A DNA stretch of 64,000 nt from the IMG/VR virus record IMGVR_UViG_3300035208_002115; one strand, given 5' to 3'. Below are positions 16,440 to 26,915 of this stretch, piece by piece; the first letter of the stretch is position 1; each line of letters begins with the position of its first letter. Made by a program: the position numbers and the translations under genes. The DNA is from a virus (lineage: Duplodnaviria > Caudoviricetes). Under the pieces are notes generated by a model. That model saw only the letters and a list, made by a program, of their open reading frames with translations, was not told the DNA's origin and searched no databases.

Positions 16440-16801
16440 TTAAAATAGATTTATATAGTGCCACGACTAATAAGCGTATAGAGAATATTTTGAATTACAA
16501 ATTCAAAAGCTATTTATATACTTTGCATAAAAAATTATTAGATTGTAATTTTACGAGAGCTGGTATGATTACTGCGTTAGTATCAGATGATATAGATTAT
16601 CAGTATGATGGATATAATATTGTAATAAAAAAGAAATTTAATTCTTATGGTGAAAGTATTGATAGTGTTCAGGTTTTTTGTATTTTATATAAAATTGAAA
16701 ATGATAATTTAAAATATAAAAGATTACAATCTTTTAGTGTTGAAATACTCTCTCCGACCAGAGAAAGAAAGTTAAAAATTGAAAAACTTGGATTGGTATG
16801 A
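16436..16801 (+). CDS. hypothetical protein, C-terminal RxxKI motif family
   Basis: ends ERKLKIEKLGLV. Confidence 0.75.
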   Translation: MIKIDLYSATTNKRIENILNYKFKSYLYTLHKKLLDCNFTRAGMITALVSDDIDYQYDGYNIVIKKKFNSYGESIDSVQVFCILYKIENDNLKYKRLQSFSVEILSPTRERKLKIEKLGLV

Positions 16802-17160
16802 TTAAAATAACTGAATACAGTAAAAAGGTAAATTCTTTTATTGAAAACGAGTTCAATAATGCTATTGAAAAACAAGTAGATATTTTAGAACAATATTTCA
16901 AGAAAAATAATTATTCAAGTAAGGTTATATCAGCAAGGGCTAATTATATTGTAAATTTTTCATTATATGATTATCATCTTAGGGAAAGTATGCTTATAAA
17001 TTCAACAGAAGAATATCTGGAAGTAATCCATGTATCTTTTTCTTTGTATAGAAATAATTTTGATGGTATGGGTGAGACTATGGTGGATAGAATTACGTAT
17101 GATTTTTTATCTACAACCAAGAAACGGAAATTAAAAATTGAAAAATTAGGATTGGTATGA
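16798..17160 (+). CDS. hypothetical protein, C-terminal RxxKI motif family
   Basis: ends KRKLKIEKLGLV. Confidence 0.75.
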   Translation: MIKITEYSKKVNSFIENEFNNAIEKQVDILEQYFKKNNYSSKVISARANYIVNFSLYDYHLRESMLINSTEEYLEVIHVSFSLYRNNFDGMGETMVDRITYDFLSTTKKRKLKIEKLGLV

Positions 17161-17549
17161 CAGTTCACGATTACGATAAAGAGATTAAAATTCATATTTG
17201 TGGTTATGAATATGAAAAAAATAAAATAATAGAAAATGCTTTTGTTTATCATATTAAAAAAGAAATTTATAATTTCAGGCTTCGTCTTATAAAAACAAAT
17301 TACGCTGTTAAAACAGTTACAGATTATAATAAAAATCGATTTAATTATGATGAATATTATTTAGATATGTTTGCAACGGCCATTTGTGGTTATGAATTAT
17401 CACTGGAATATGTGTTATTTAGCTTTGAACTGCATAAAAGGACTCGAATCCATATACCAGTTGATATACGTGTGACTGATTTCTCCATTAAAATATATCC
17501 ACCGAATATGGAGCGAAAATTGAAGATAAAACAATTAGGGTTGATATGA
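17157..17549 (+). CDS. hypothetical protein, C-terminal RxxKI motif family
   Basis: ends ERKLKIKQLGLI. Confidence 0.75.
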   Translation: MTVHDYDKEIKIHICGYEYEKNKIIENAFVYHIKKEIYNFRLRLIKTNYAVKTVTDYNKNRFNYDEYYLDMFATAICGYELSLEYVLFSFELHKRTRIHIPVDIRVTDFSIKIYPPNMERKLKIKQLGLI

Positions 17550-17911
17550 TTACAATTTATAATCGGGTACGAATTTCGGTTGAGGACGAGTCAAAAATAA
17601 ACAATAAAATAAAAAATATTGTTGAAGAATTAAAATCATTTCTCATCAGAAACAAATTTTACACAGAATCGTTAAAAGATGTTATAATAAATAGTGTGAT
17701 TGATAATGATGATTTACAATTAAAAGTCGATATATATTACAAAAATGAAGATTTTGTAGATGAAGTGGGGTTGATTTTTAGTTTATTTTGGATGAAAAAT
17801 TTTTGGTTAAATGATGATGGTGTTAAACAATTGATAGGTAAAGAAGAAGTAATTATTTACACCAAAAAGAAAGAAAGAATGGTTAAGATTGAGAAACTTG
17901 GTTTGGTTTAA
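17546..17911 (+). CDS. hypothetical protein, C-terminal RxxKI motif family
   Basis: ends ERMVKIEKLGLV. Confidence 0.75.
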   Translation: MITIYNRVRISVEDESKINNKIKNIVEELKSFLIRNKFYTESLKDVIINSVIDNDDLQLKVDIYYKNEDFVDEVGLIFSLFWMKNFWLNDDGVKQLIGKEEVIIYTKKKERMVKIEKLGLV

Positions 17912-17912
17912 T

Positions 17913-18290
17913 ATGGAATATATTACAGCAAATATTCACAGAAAAGATTTGGAACTTATTAACAATCAAATTGATGGTTGGATTAAAGAAATATCAAAAA
18001 TGCTTGTTGAAGGTAAAATTGACAAAATAAATAATAAATATTGTACTTTTCAATATGGGAGATATGTTTTAGAGGGTTGGTCTCGTGGTTTTTTATTTTC
18101 TATACAAGAAAGATTTGAAAGAAAAAGAATAACCTCACGGTTTGGTTACTGCTTCAAATTAAAACATTATCCAGAATATATGAAAAGTAGGTATGAAGGT
18201 GTGTATGTTATTATTGCTGAATATAAACATGTATTTAATCTGATACACGAAGAACGAAAATATAAATTGGAACATCTCGGTATTATATAA
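17913..18290 (+). CDS. hypothetical protein, C-terminal RxxKL motif family
   Basis: ATG 17913 (MEYITA, like MEYITI at 15709); ends ERKYKLEHLGII. Confidence 0.75.
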   Translation: MEYITANIHRKDLELINNQIDGWIKEISKMLVEGKIDKINNKYCTFQYGRYVLEGWSRGFLFSIQERFERKRITSRFGYCFKLKHYPEYMKSRYEGVYVIIAEYKHVFNLIHEERKYKLEHLGII

Positions 18291-18493
18291 TGATTTTATT
18301 ATAATATATTTTTTTATATTTTTATTTTGTTTATTTTTGAAAAAACTAAAGACATGGAAAAGAAAGAAACTGAAAGTAATTTATTAGCTTTAGCAGTTTT
18401 TATATTTGGGTATATTGGTGTGATTTTTTCTTTATGTCTCGGTTACGAGGTTGATATTAAAGTTGTTAAAAAGAATATGAATACAACTTCCAA

Positions 18494-18814
18494 ATGATAT
18501 ATTTCGAATACAATATTGAACCAACGAGTGCAATAACCATAAACCAATGGATTGAAGATTATATCGAAAAAACCATTATTAATATCATTGGTGATAAGAA
18601 GCATGTGTTTATGCCTGTTCAGGAAATCTTTGAATTATTAGATTTTTATAAAGTAAACGCACATCGTATGTTTGATATAAATAGTGAATATTTGTTTATA
18701 TATTTTGATTTGTTCATCATGGAAGGAAAAACTGCTATATATGTAGATAGGTATATTCATGAATTAAATGTTCTTCATGAGCGCAGAAAATTGAAAATTA
18801 GAGATTTAGAATAG
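18494..18814 (+). CDS. hypothetical protein, C-terminal RxxKI motif family
   Basis: ends RRKLKIRDLE. Confidence 0.7.
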   Translation: MIYFEYNIEPTSAITINQWIEDYIEKTIINIIGDKKHVFMPVQEIFELLDFYKVNAHRMFDINSEYLFIYFDLFIMEGKTAIYVDRYIHELNVLHERRKLKIRDLE

Positions 18815-18819
18815 AATTA

Positions 18820-19170
18820 ATGATGGAAAATGATTATAGGATAAAGTTATATTTGTTGCCACATTTAATGGATAAGGTTTCGTACATTAAAAAAGTATTG
18901 AAACAATCAAAATGTACTTCTAAATTTATTGAAAACATTGAACTACCAAATTATGATGAATTAAATATTTTTAGGATACGATATGATTTAATATATTCTT
19001 CAACAAATGAAAAATTAACAGAAGCTAATTTAATTTGTCATGTTGAAGTTCGAACAAATTGTCATATATGTGAATCGGTTACATATAAACATTTAGAAAA
19101 TTTCAAATACAACATATATTCTATTCGTGAAGAAAGAAAACAAAAAATTAAGAAATTGAATTTAATATAA
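18820..19170 (+). CDS. hypothetical protein, C-terminal RxxKI motif family
   Basis: ends ERKQKIKKLNLI. Confidence 0.7.
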   Translation: MMENDYRIKLYLLPHLMDKVSYIKKVLKQSKCTSKFIENIELPNYDELNIFRIRYDLIYSSTNEKLTEANLICHVEVRTNCHICESVTYKHLENFKYNIYSIREERKQKIKKLNLI

Positions 19171-19174
19171 ATAT

Positions 19175-19522
19175 ATGAGCTGGTTTGCATACGGTAAAGA
19201 TTTGAATAATTCTTCATCTTTTCACAGAAAACGAAAAGGTGTTTGGTTAAGATATCATAGTAATCCAGATATTGTAAAGGCGGTCAAGAAAAATGGTAAC
19301 AAACGACTGTTTGAAACTGTTGTCAGAGTTGTTGTGGATGAGTATGATAAGAAAGAAGATAAAATCTGGTTAGAGGTCTGGTGTCAAAATATATTTGACC
19401 CGATTCGAAGGAAACACAGATATAATGTTTTTTATATCTTTGTATCTCCAGATGAAAGCTGGGTATGTGAAGGTGACTTGGGAAAAGGTTTAGAAAATTA
19501 TAAAGATAATAAAGTGTTATGA
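19175..19522 (+). CDS. hypothetical protein
   Basis: 115-aa ORF. Confidence 0.65.
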   Translation: MSWFAYGKDLNNSSSFHRKRKGVWLRYHSNPDIVKAVKKNGNKRLFETVVRVVVDEYDKKEDKIWLEVWCQNIFDPIRRKHRYNVFYIFVSPDESWVCEGDLGKGLENYKDNKVL

Positions 19523-19881
19523 AATATTTCGATGAGAAATTCACAAGAGCTGAGTATCGAGAGATTCATCAAATATTACAGCAAAATTTCAAATACATTG
19601 AAAATAAAATTATCAAGGGGTATAATTTTAACAATTATCAAAAAAGTATTAGATTCTCAAATAAGAAATATATCATTTTGATTCTTAATGCTTTTGATGA
19701 ATACAATATTGATAATGATAATTATTTTACTCTTGAATTACAATTGTTTACTATTAACTATGAAAGTAAAAGAATAGAAGATTTTTGGAAATTTATAGAA
19801 AATGATTACTATGATATACCTTTAATACCAATACGTAGAAGAATGAAAATTAAGAAATTGGGTTTATTAAAAGATAATTGA
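19519..19881 (+). CDS. hypothetical protein, C-terminal RxxKI motif family
   Basis: ends RRRMKIKKLGLLKDN. Confidence 0.7.
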   Translation: MKYFDEKFTRAEYREIHQILQQNFKYIENKIIKGYNFNNYQKSIRFSNKKYIILILNAFDEYNIDNDNYFTLELQLFTINYESKRIEDFWKFIENDYYDIPLIPIRRRMKIKKLGLLKDN

Positions 19882-19887
19882 TATAAT

Positions 19888-20616
19888 ATGAAAGTTTTAG
19901 ATGTCATCGATTTGTCGGTGTACAGAGGCAACAATAAAATTTTAAAATATGTTTCACTTGAAGTATATTCAAATGAAATAGTTGCTATTGTTGGTGCTAA
20001 TGGTTGTGGGAAAACTACATTATTTAATTCGATATCTGGTTTTTTAAGACCTGCCACTGGTAAAATTTTCATCAATGGAGTTGATACAACTTATTTAAAA
20101 CCTCATCAAATAGCAAAACTCGGTGTTAGTAGAACTTTCCAAGATAGGGGCATATTTGAAAATATGTCTATTATGGACGCAACTGAAATAACAGAAACAA
20201 GAAATAATAATTTATTAAAAGATATTTTTAATTTTAAATTAAGAAAAATAGTTAAAAGTAAAGCACTACATAAGTTGAACAAGTTTCTCCCCAATGTTGA
20301 TTATTCAAAAAATTGTGATGAGTTATCGACTGGGCAACAGGCCAAATTAAAATTAGCATCTTTATACACAGAATCCAAACTATTGTTATTAGATGAACCA
20401 ACGGCTGGTGTTGATAAAAATAGTAAGAAAGTTTTATTACAACACATTCAAGATATTTCAAAAAATTGTGCTGTATTGTTGATAGAACATGATATGAATT
20501 TTGTTAAAAAATGTGCTGACAGAATTCTTTATATGGACGATGGTAAATTTATTAGAGAAGTAAAACAGGTGAATAATATAAGAAAAAGGAAAATCGAGAA
20601 TATGGGGGTTTTATGA
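19888..20616 (+). CDS. ABC-type ATP-binding protein (LivG-like)
   Basis: Walker A GANGCGKT, Q-loop RTFQ, signature LSTGQ, Walker B LLLLDEPTAG, H-loop IEHD. Confidence 0.9.
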   Translation: MKVLDVIDLSVYRGNNKILKYVSLEVYSNEIVAIVGANGCGKTTLFNSISGFLRPATGKIFINGVDTTYLKPHQIAKLGVSRTFQDRGIFENMSIMDATEITETRNNNLLKDIFNFKLRKIVKSKALHKLNKFLPNVDYSKNCDELSTGQQAKLKLASLYTESKLLLLDEPTAGVDKNSKKVLLQHIQDISKNCAVLLIEHDMNFVKKCADRILYMDDGKFIREVKQVNNIRKRKIENMGVL

Positions 20617-20945
20617 ATTTTTTTAATATTGATATTGACAAAAATGTTTTAGATTGGGTAAATAATATTGTCAGACATTATATTGTTGAAATAACAAATG
20701 ATGTTCGGGAAAATAATTTTGAGGCTATGTCAATACAATCTTGTGGTTATAATGATAAATTTCTTGGTTATGAAATAATGGTTGACTTTTATATACCAGA
20801 GGCAATAAGCCCAGATGGTACGTATTTTATAACATTCATTTTATATAAGATTAATGAATTTAATGAAACTTATGTTCATCCAATTATACCATTAAGCGAA
20901 GAAAGAAAACAAAAAATTGAAAAATTAGGAATAGATGTTAGTTAA
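20613..20945 (+). CDS. hypothetical protein, C-terminal RxxKI motif family
   Basis: ends ERKQKIEKLGIDVS. Confidence 0.7.
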   Translation: MNFFNIDIDKNVLDWVNNIVRHYIVEITNDVRENNFEAMSIQSCGYNDKFLGYEIMVDFYIPEAISPDGTYFITFILYKINEFNETYVHPIIPLSEERKQKIEKLGIDVS

Positions 20946-21093
20946 AATTGTAAAAACCTCAATAATATTAAATGATGAAAAAGAGGGTAAAAAGTATTTA
21001 TGGGCTTTTGTTGATGAATATGATAGGACTATGGTTCAAATCTATTCCGAGAAATATCCAAAGGAATTGGAAGAATTTTTAAAACGTTAATTT

Positions 21094-21333
21094 ATGAAAA
21101 CATTTTATTCAAGAATAGAAGTCAAAAAAAGAAAAGGTAAAACATATTACCAACCACAACTAAAGAGAAAGGGTTTCTGGTTTATTCTTAATCAATGGGG
21201 TGGTTTAAGTATGTTAATTGTTAAACAAAATTCGTATGATTTAAAGATTTGGACTCTTAAAAAAGAGGAAGCTGAAGAAGAATTGAAACGTTTTGAATAC
21301 TTACATAAAGTCACTCTTATACCAATCGAATAA
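21094..21333 (+). CDS. hypothetical protein
   Basis: 79-aa ORF. Confidence 0.55.
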   Translation: MKTFYSRIEVKKRKGKTYYQPQLKRKGFWFILNQWGGLSMLIVKQNSYDLKIWTLKKEEAEEELKRFEYLHKVTLIPIE

Positions 21334-21660
21334 ATGAATGTAAAGGATAGACAGGTTATTTTAAGAGAATATGCTAAATATTTATGTGAAAAAATACTCA
21401 TTATTAACTCTGAGTATGAGAACGGGTCAATATATTTAGAATTAAAACATTTTTATGAAACTGGTGAAATGTCTTGTTTATTAAGCATACACCAATTCAT
21501 TTCAGCTCATATATCGAATATTCATGTTTTTTATAACGATATTAAAAAACTTCAGAAAGATTTTAACAAAGATTTGTACATTCAGTCTTATGATATATTC
21601 GAAAAAAATTACATTCGAATACTAAAACTAAAACAATTAGAAATAAATAAACTATTATGA
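21334..21660 (+). CDS. hypothetical protein, C-terminal RxxKL motif family
   Basis: ends IRILKLKQLEINKLL. Confidence 0.65.
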   Translation: MNVKDRQVILREYAKYLCEKILIINSEYENGSIYLELKHFYETGEMSCLLSIHQFISAHISNIHVFYNDIKKLQKDFNKDLYIQSYDIFEKNYIRILKLKQLEINKLL

Positions 21661-22052
21661 CAATACAAGAACAAATTCGTGGTGATATGATATCAGCCAT
21701 GAAAAGCAAAGAAACAGAAAAATTAACTCTATTAAGAGTTATAATTGGAGAATTCAGTAGAATCGGTAAGGATTTAAGTGATACCGAAGCCAGTAAGATT
21801 ATTCGAAAAATGTATGATAATGCCAAGGAACTTTCCAATACGTATGAAATGGGCGTACTTGATACGTATTTACCCAAAATGTTGAATACGGAACAGACAC
21901 GGAAAATTGTTTCTGATTTGATACAGACTGGTGGTTATAGTGGTATGAAAGATATGGGTAAAGTAATGGGGGATATTAAAAATAATCCACAATTTTCTCA
22001 AATAGATGGCAAAATATCCAGTCAGATAGTAAAAGAATTACTAAGTGTGTAA
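21657..22052 (+). CDS. GatB/YqeY domain protein
   Basis: DMISAMKSKE..LTLLR...E..VLDTYLPKML...MKDMGKVMG...DGKISSQIVKELL. Confidence 0.85.
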   Translation: MTIQEQIRGDMISAMKSKETEKLTLLRVIIGEFSRIGKDLSDTEASKIIRKMYDNAKELSNTYEMGVLDTYLPKMLNTEQTRKIVSDLIQTGGYSGMKDMGKVMGDIKNNPQFSQIDGKISSQIVKELLSV

Positions 22053-22098
22053 AAATATATTTTTATTTTTTATATATAATAAAAAATAAATTATTGTT

Positions 22099-22515
22099 AT
22101 GAATCACTTAAAAGATTATGATAGTTTTCACCTAAATGAAAATGCTGGCGGTAATGTTGAACATTACAGATATTTAGATATAGAAAAAGTTGAGGACGGG
22201 TTGAAGATTTCCTTAAATGAAGCTGGTAAACAGAACGTTGAGGATGAAGGTGGAATAGAAGAAAGTAAATTCTATGACTATTTCGAAGATGTTCGTGGTA
22301 ATTCTGAATATATTTACTTCGAAGATATGGGTGATGCTGGTTTTGGTTTGACTTCAGCACCAGGTATTACGGATGGCTACGAATATAATGATGATGGTGA
22401 ATTAACAGATGAAGGTCATACTGATAGTGAAGTATATTGGTTTCCAAATTATATGATTAGAGACTTCACCCAAGATATGTTGGAAGATGGATATGTGATT
22501 TTCACAAAAGCATAA
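22099..22515 (+). CDS. acidic hypothetical protein (N-terminal HLKDYDSFHLNE motif)
   Basis: 138-aa ORF; TATATATA at 22071. Confidence 0.7.
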   Translation: MNHLKDYDSFHLNENAGGNVEHYRYLDIEKVEDGLKISLNEAGKQNVEDEGGIEESKFYDYFEDVRGNSEYIYFEDMGDAGFGLTSAPGITDGYEYNDDGELTDEGHTDSEVYWFPNYMIRDFTQDMLEDGYVIFTKA

Positions 22516-22532
22516 AAAATAAAACACATGAT

Positions 22533-22772
22533 ATGGATTTTATAAAAACATTTGAGGATTTCGATAACATAATAAACGAAAAGAAAGAAACCATGAGTCT
22601 TGAAGATATAAAAAAACTGGATGGTGAAGAAGTGTCTGCAAAGCAATGGGAAGAAATAAGACATCATAAGAATACTAAAAAAGTTAGTATGTTGGGAAAA
22701 TCTAATAAAAACAAAAAAACAGAACATAGTGTTATCTTTGATGACAAAAGTTCAATCACGGTTTATGTGTAA
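22533..22772 (+). CDS. hypothetical protein (N-terminal FIKTFEDF motif)
   Basis: 79-aa ORF. Confidence 0.65.
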   Translation: MDFIKTFEDFDNIINEKKETMSLEDIKKLDGEEVSAKQWEEIRHHKNTKKVSMLGKSNKNKKTEHSVIFDDKSSITVYV

Positions 22773-22853
22773 TAACTTTTGATTAATAAAATAATGAATC
22801 CGATGAAATATTTTATCGGATTTTTTATTTATATTTGTTCTAAATATTTTATT

Positions 22854-23657
22854 ATGAAATTAGATAATCTTGGAGACTGGTGTAAGTGGCTGGAACGAAA
22901 TTTTTCCCCTGAAATTATGATACCAACTTTACCTGTTATTATTCGTCTGGATGGTCAGAATTTTAGCACTTGGACTAATGGTTTGGTTAAACCCTTTGAT
23001 GAGAATCTGACTGATTTAATGGTGGAATTAACAAAATTTTTGGTTAAAGAAACAAATGCTATTATCGGATACACTCAAAGTGATGAAATTACATTGATTC
23101 TATACACTGACGATAGAGATATACCATTATACAATGATGGTAAGAAACATAAGATATTATCAAAGTTAACTGGTAAATGTGTTACTTTTTTTAATACTAA
23201 GCGTGAGAAATACTTACCAAATCACAATAAATTTGCAAATTTTGATTGTAGGGTTTTTCAGACACCCACTTTAAATGACGCATGTCTCCAGTTATTATGG
23301 AGAGAAAATGATGCAGCTCGAAACAGTATTTCAATGCTTAGTTATAGTTTATTTTCTCACAATTCATTGCAAAATATGAACAGTGATGAGAAACAAGAAA
23401 AGATGATGACTGAAAGAGGTATCAACTGGAATGATTTACCAATTAAATTTAAACGGGGTACATATGTAAGACGTATTAAAACGTCAAAACCATTTACTCC
23501 AGAAGAATTGAGTAAACTCCCACCAAAACACAATGCTCACAAAAACCCAAACTTAATCATAGAAAGAAATGATATTTCGGTTCTGGAATTACCCATATTT
23601 AATAAAATAAAAAATAAAGTGGGTGTTGTATTTAACGGGGAAGATGTGATTATTTAA
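22854..23657 (+). CDS. Thg1-like tRNA(His) guanylyltransferase / 3'-5' polymerase
   Basis: IIRLDGQNFSTWT..KPFD, YTQSDEITL, FDCRV, WRENDAARNS, GINWNDLP..KRG; ATG at 22854 preferred. Confidence 0.9.
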   Translation: MKLDNLGDWCKWLERNFSPEIMIPTLPVIIRLDGQNFSTWTNGLVKPFDENLTDLMVELTKFLVKETNAIIGYTQSDEITLILYTDDRDIPLYNDGKKHKILSKLTGKCVTFFNTKREKYLPNHNKFANFDCRVFQTPTLNDACLQLLWRENDAARNSISMLSYSLFSHNSLQNMNSDEKQEKMMTERGINWNDLPIKFKRGTYVRRIKTSKPFTPEELSKLPPKHNAHKNPNLIIERNDISVLELPIFNKIKNKVGVVFNGEDVII

Positions 23658-24930
23658 AAAATAGGATGATTATCGGATTATTATCAAAAGAAATATAAAA
23701 CTTTCGGTAGATTATCGGATAAATAATAAAAAAGAAAATGTTATGACAGGGATTTTAATTTCATCAATAATAGTTTCAGTTTTGGTAGTATTAATAAAAA
23801 CACCCATTCTTATTAAATATATCAAAGAGAGTACACCAGACCCTAATGGATGGGAAAAACCAACTATAACTGGCATATTATTAATAATAGGGTTTTCGAT
23901 ATTATTAGGTGCTTCCACTACTATGCTCTTACTTTTATGATAACTGGCATTGATAGAGCCGAACTATTAAGAGGTTGTATATTAAGCATGACTAATATGG
24001 GTGCTGAGTATGTGAAGTGTGACGGATTTGATATATGTTTTAATATCCCCATACACAGGGAGATAAATGACATTGAAAAGTTAAGACGGTTAAGAGATTT
24101 ATTCTTCAAGGAATTTGGCCTCACATTAAAAGTAAAAAGAATTAAAATAACTTCATTTTAGAATTATAAATTAAATATGAAAAAAGAGAATATACCAGAT
24201 GATAGATTTAGCAATAAAATACGATTGAAATTCAAAGCTATTATTGATATTATTAAAAGTAAAAAATTTTATCTAATTACATTTACAGATAATGATGAAG
24301 TAAACTGGCGAACTCAATATAATATTAATGCTGATGATATTCATGATAAAATTTAATATTAAAATAGCATGAATTACTCATCACCTGAAATACAATATAA
24401 AAGATATATTGCCGAGGTCAATAGACAACTAAAACTTGCTAAACGTCAAGTTGAAAGAATACCAGAACTGAAAAAAATGAGTCAAATGTCATTTGATGAT
24501 TGGTTAACACAAAACAACAAAAAATAATATACAATGGAAGTACAGAAGTCAGACCTTAAATGGTTAATGGATAAAGTAGATTCATGTTCTCAGAGATATG
24601 TTGAATCTGAAAATTTCTTATTGGATATACTCGAAATGAATTTTTTCCAACGATTGTTCGTAAGAAGAAAAGCTTTAAGGTTTTTGAGGGAAAGAAAAAA
24701 ATATAATTTCTAAAATGATAGTAATAGTTGAGTTTAATCCGTTTGAATTTAGTATAGAACCAGATAAAAAACTCTGGGATGAAGCAAATTCTGAATCAAG
24801 AGAAATTTACATTAAAAACCAATTAACTGAATATTTAGAAAATAATATTGATGAATTGGTTAATTATTCGATTAAACGAATTACTATATAAATCATGAAA
24901 TTATATTACGAAAAGCACTAAAAATATAAA

Positions 24931-25161
24931 ATGAAAAAATTCGGAATAAAAATTCTAAATGAAAATATAGATAATTTTCATTCAGTTATTGTTGGTTTAA
25001 AAAAATTGGAGATTCGATTTCATGTTGATGGAGAATTTATATGGGTTTTTGAAAACGAATTAGATAAATTATCTACCGATAAAACTAATTATTTTTTATC
25101 TATGGATGATGGCTCAGTGTTCAGTTTCCATCAAATAGAAAATGATGATTTGAAATTATAA
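24931..25161 (+). CDS. hypothetical protein
   Basis: 76-aa ORF. Confidence 0.55.
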   Translation: MKKFGIKILNENIDNFHSVIVGLKKLEIRFHVDGEFIWVFENELDKLSTDKTNYFLSMDDGSVFSFHQIENDDLKL

Positions 25162-25208
25162 CCAGTTATTCATTAAATGATAATGGTTTAAAAAATTATT
25201 CACATAAT

Positions 25209-25712
25209 ATGACAGAGCATGAAAAGTATTTATACTGTTTAGATTATATTAAAAAATACGAAGAAAAACATATTAGAAAACTTATACGAAATGAAAATCA
25301 CACAAAGCAACTTATATCATTTGAAGGTTTAAATGTTGGTGATATGTACCCAACTGATATAGACGGGGCTTTAGAGTATGATGATATATATTTAATCCTT
25401 TTTGAAGTTAAACATAATAATAAAGAAATACCAACTGGGCAAAAAAAATTATTAAAAAGAATTGCTGATAGTTGGGTTGAATCTGGTTTATATACTGGTA
25501 TTGAAAAAAAATCGATTATTTTTAAAGTTTCACACAATACACCACTTGGTGAGTCAATAAAGTTAGCCGAAGGAATGGTGATTGATTATTATTATGATGG
25601 AAATTGGTTAAAAAAAGACAAACCAATAACTGCATTACAGGCTATCTATGATATAGCCAAAGAATGGAAAATTAACAAATTAAAATCTTGGTATTTACTT
25701 AATACCATTTGA
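25209..25712 (+). CDS. hypothetical protein, possible PD-(D/E)XK fold
   Basis: PTDIDG...LFEVKH....TGQ. Confidence 0.5.
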   Translation: MTEHEKYLYCLDYIKKYEEKHIRKLIRNENHTKQLISFEGLNVGDMYPTDIDGALEYDDIYLILFEVKHNNKEIPTGQKKLLKRIADSWVESGLYTGIEKKSIIFKVSHNTPLGESIKLAEGMVIDYYYDGNWLKKDKPITALQAIYDIAKEWKINKLKSWYLLNTI

Positions 25713-25757
25713 CTTATTATAAAAACGTATTAAATTAATATTAATATTGTAATAGAG

Positions 25758-26072
25758 ATGGATACAGGAGAATACATGGCTGGTCAAATGGATAGATTAA
25801 TTGAAGCAAGCCAATATCAAATGGAACAAGAATATGATGAAATGTGTGAATGCATCGAATCGTATATAAAGGAATGTAATTATACTTGGACGGTTGAAAA
25901 AATAATTGAACAATATCATAAACGTATGCATGGTGAATATATAAGTCACACAGCTAAAGATGTGGTAATCAAGTTTGAAAATGAGCTTAATAAATTTTAT
26001 AATAGAAAATATTATATATCATCCAATGAACAAACAACAACCACACCTGTTATAATAAAAAATAAAGTATAA
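25758..26072 (+). CDS. hypothetical protein
   Basis: 104-aa ORF. Confidence 0.6.
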   Translation: MDTGEYMAGQMDRLIEASQYQMEQEYDEMCECIESYIKECNYTWTVEKIIEQYHKRMHGEYISHTAKDVVIKFENELNKFYNRKYYISSNEQTTTTPVIIKNKV

Positions 26073-26082
26073 AGAATATTAT

Positions 26083-26915
26083 ATGAGAAATCTCCGTGAA
26101 ATGATTATTATGCAGATTGATGTCACTAATCATTGCAATAAAGAATGTTCTAATTGTACAAGACTTATAGGACATTATAGGAAAGACCAGTTGTATTTCA
26201 TGGATGTTGATTATTTCGAAAAAGCTGTTATTTCATTAAAATCTTTTAATGGTGTAATTGGTGTAATGGGTGGACAGCCTACTTTACATCCACAATTTCC
26301 AGAATTATGTAGAATTATAAAAAAACACATAACCCCTCAATCTCGTAGAGGATTGTGGTCAAATTATTTTAAACATGAAGAATATGCTGATATTATCAGG
26401 GAAACCTTTGGATATTTTTGTCTAAATGACCACATTTCAAGTATTTATCATACTCCTATGTTAGTGTCCAGTAAGTCAATTATTGAAGACGAGGATAAAC
26501 GTCAAAAATATATTGATAATTGTTGGGTTCAAAATACATGGTCTGGTACAATTAATCCCAAAGGTGGGTTCTTTTGCGAGGTAGCTGGGCATTATCAATG
26601 TTATTAGATGGTATAAAAGGATTTGATATAGAAAATGAACCACACTGGTGGAAAAGGCCGATTGGTGATTTTTCCGACCAGAGAAAATGGGCTTGCGATA
26701 AATGTGGTGCTGCAATACCTTTAAAACCAAGACGTTCAAATCTTGAAATAGATGACATCTCACTTGATAATTATGAATTACTGAAAGAGCAGTCTGGTAA
26801 AATAAAGAGAGAAAAATATAAAATATTCACAGGGGATATCGACACCAAACAAGAAAGAAATGCATGTTGGTATAGATATTATGGTCAGAATGCAGTTGTT
26901 AAAGTTAAGCCTTAA
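26083..26915 (+). pseudogene. radical SAM protein split by a single-base frameshift (or a sequence error)
   Basis: CNKECSNC and MGGQPTLHP in the first frame; FFCEVAG continues as ALSMLLDG..CDKCG in another frame if one G is added at 26587-26589. Confidence 0.7.

Noticed and set aside
15709-17911. Diversity-generating retroelement or second CRISPR-like array
   Set aside because: Similarity is limited to short coding tails; no reverse transcriptase, template/variable repeat pair or regular repeat-spacer period
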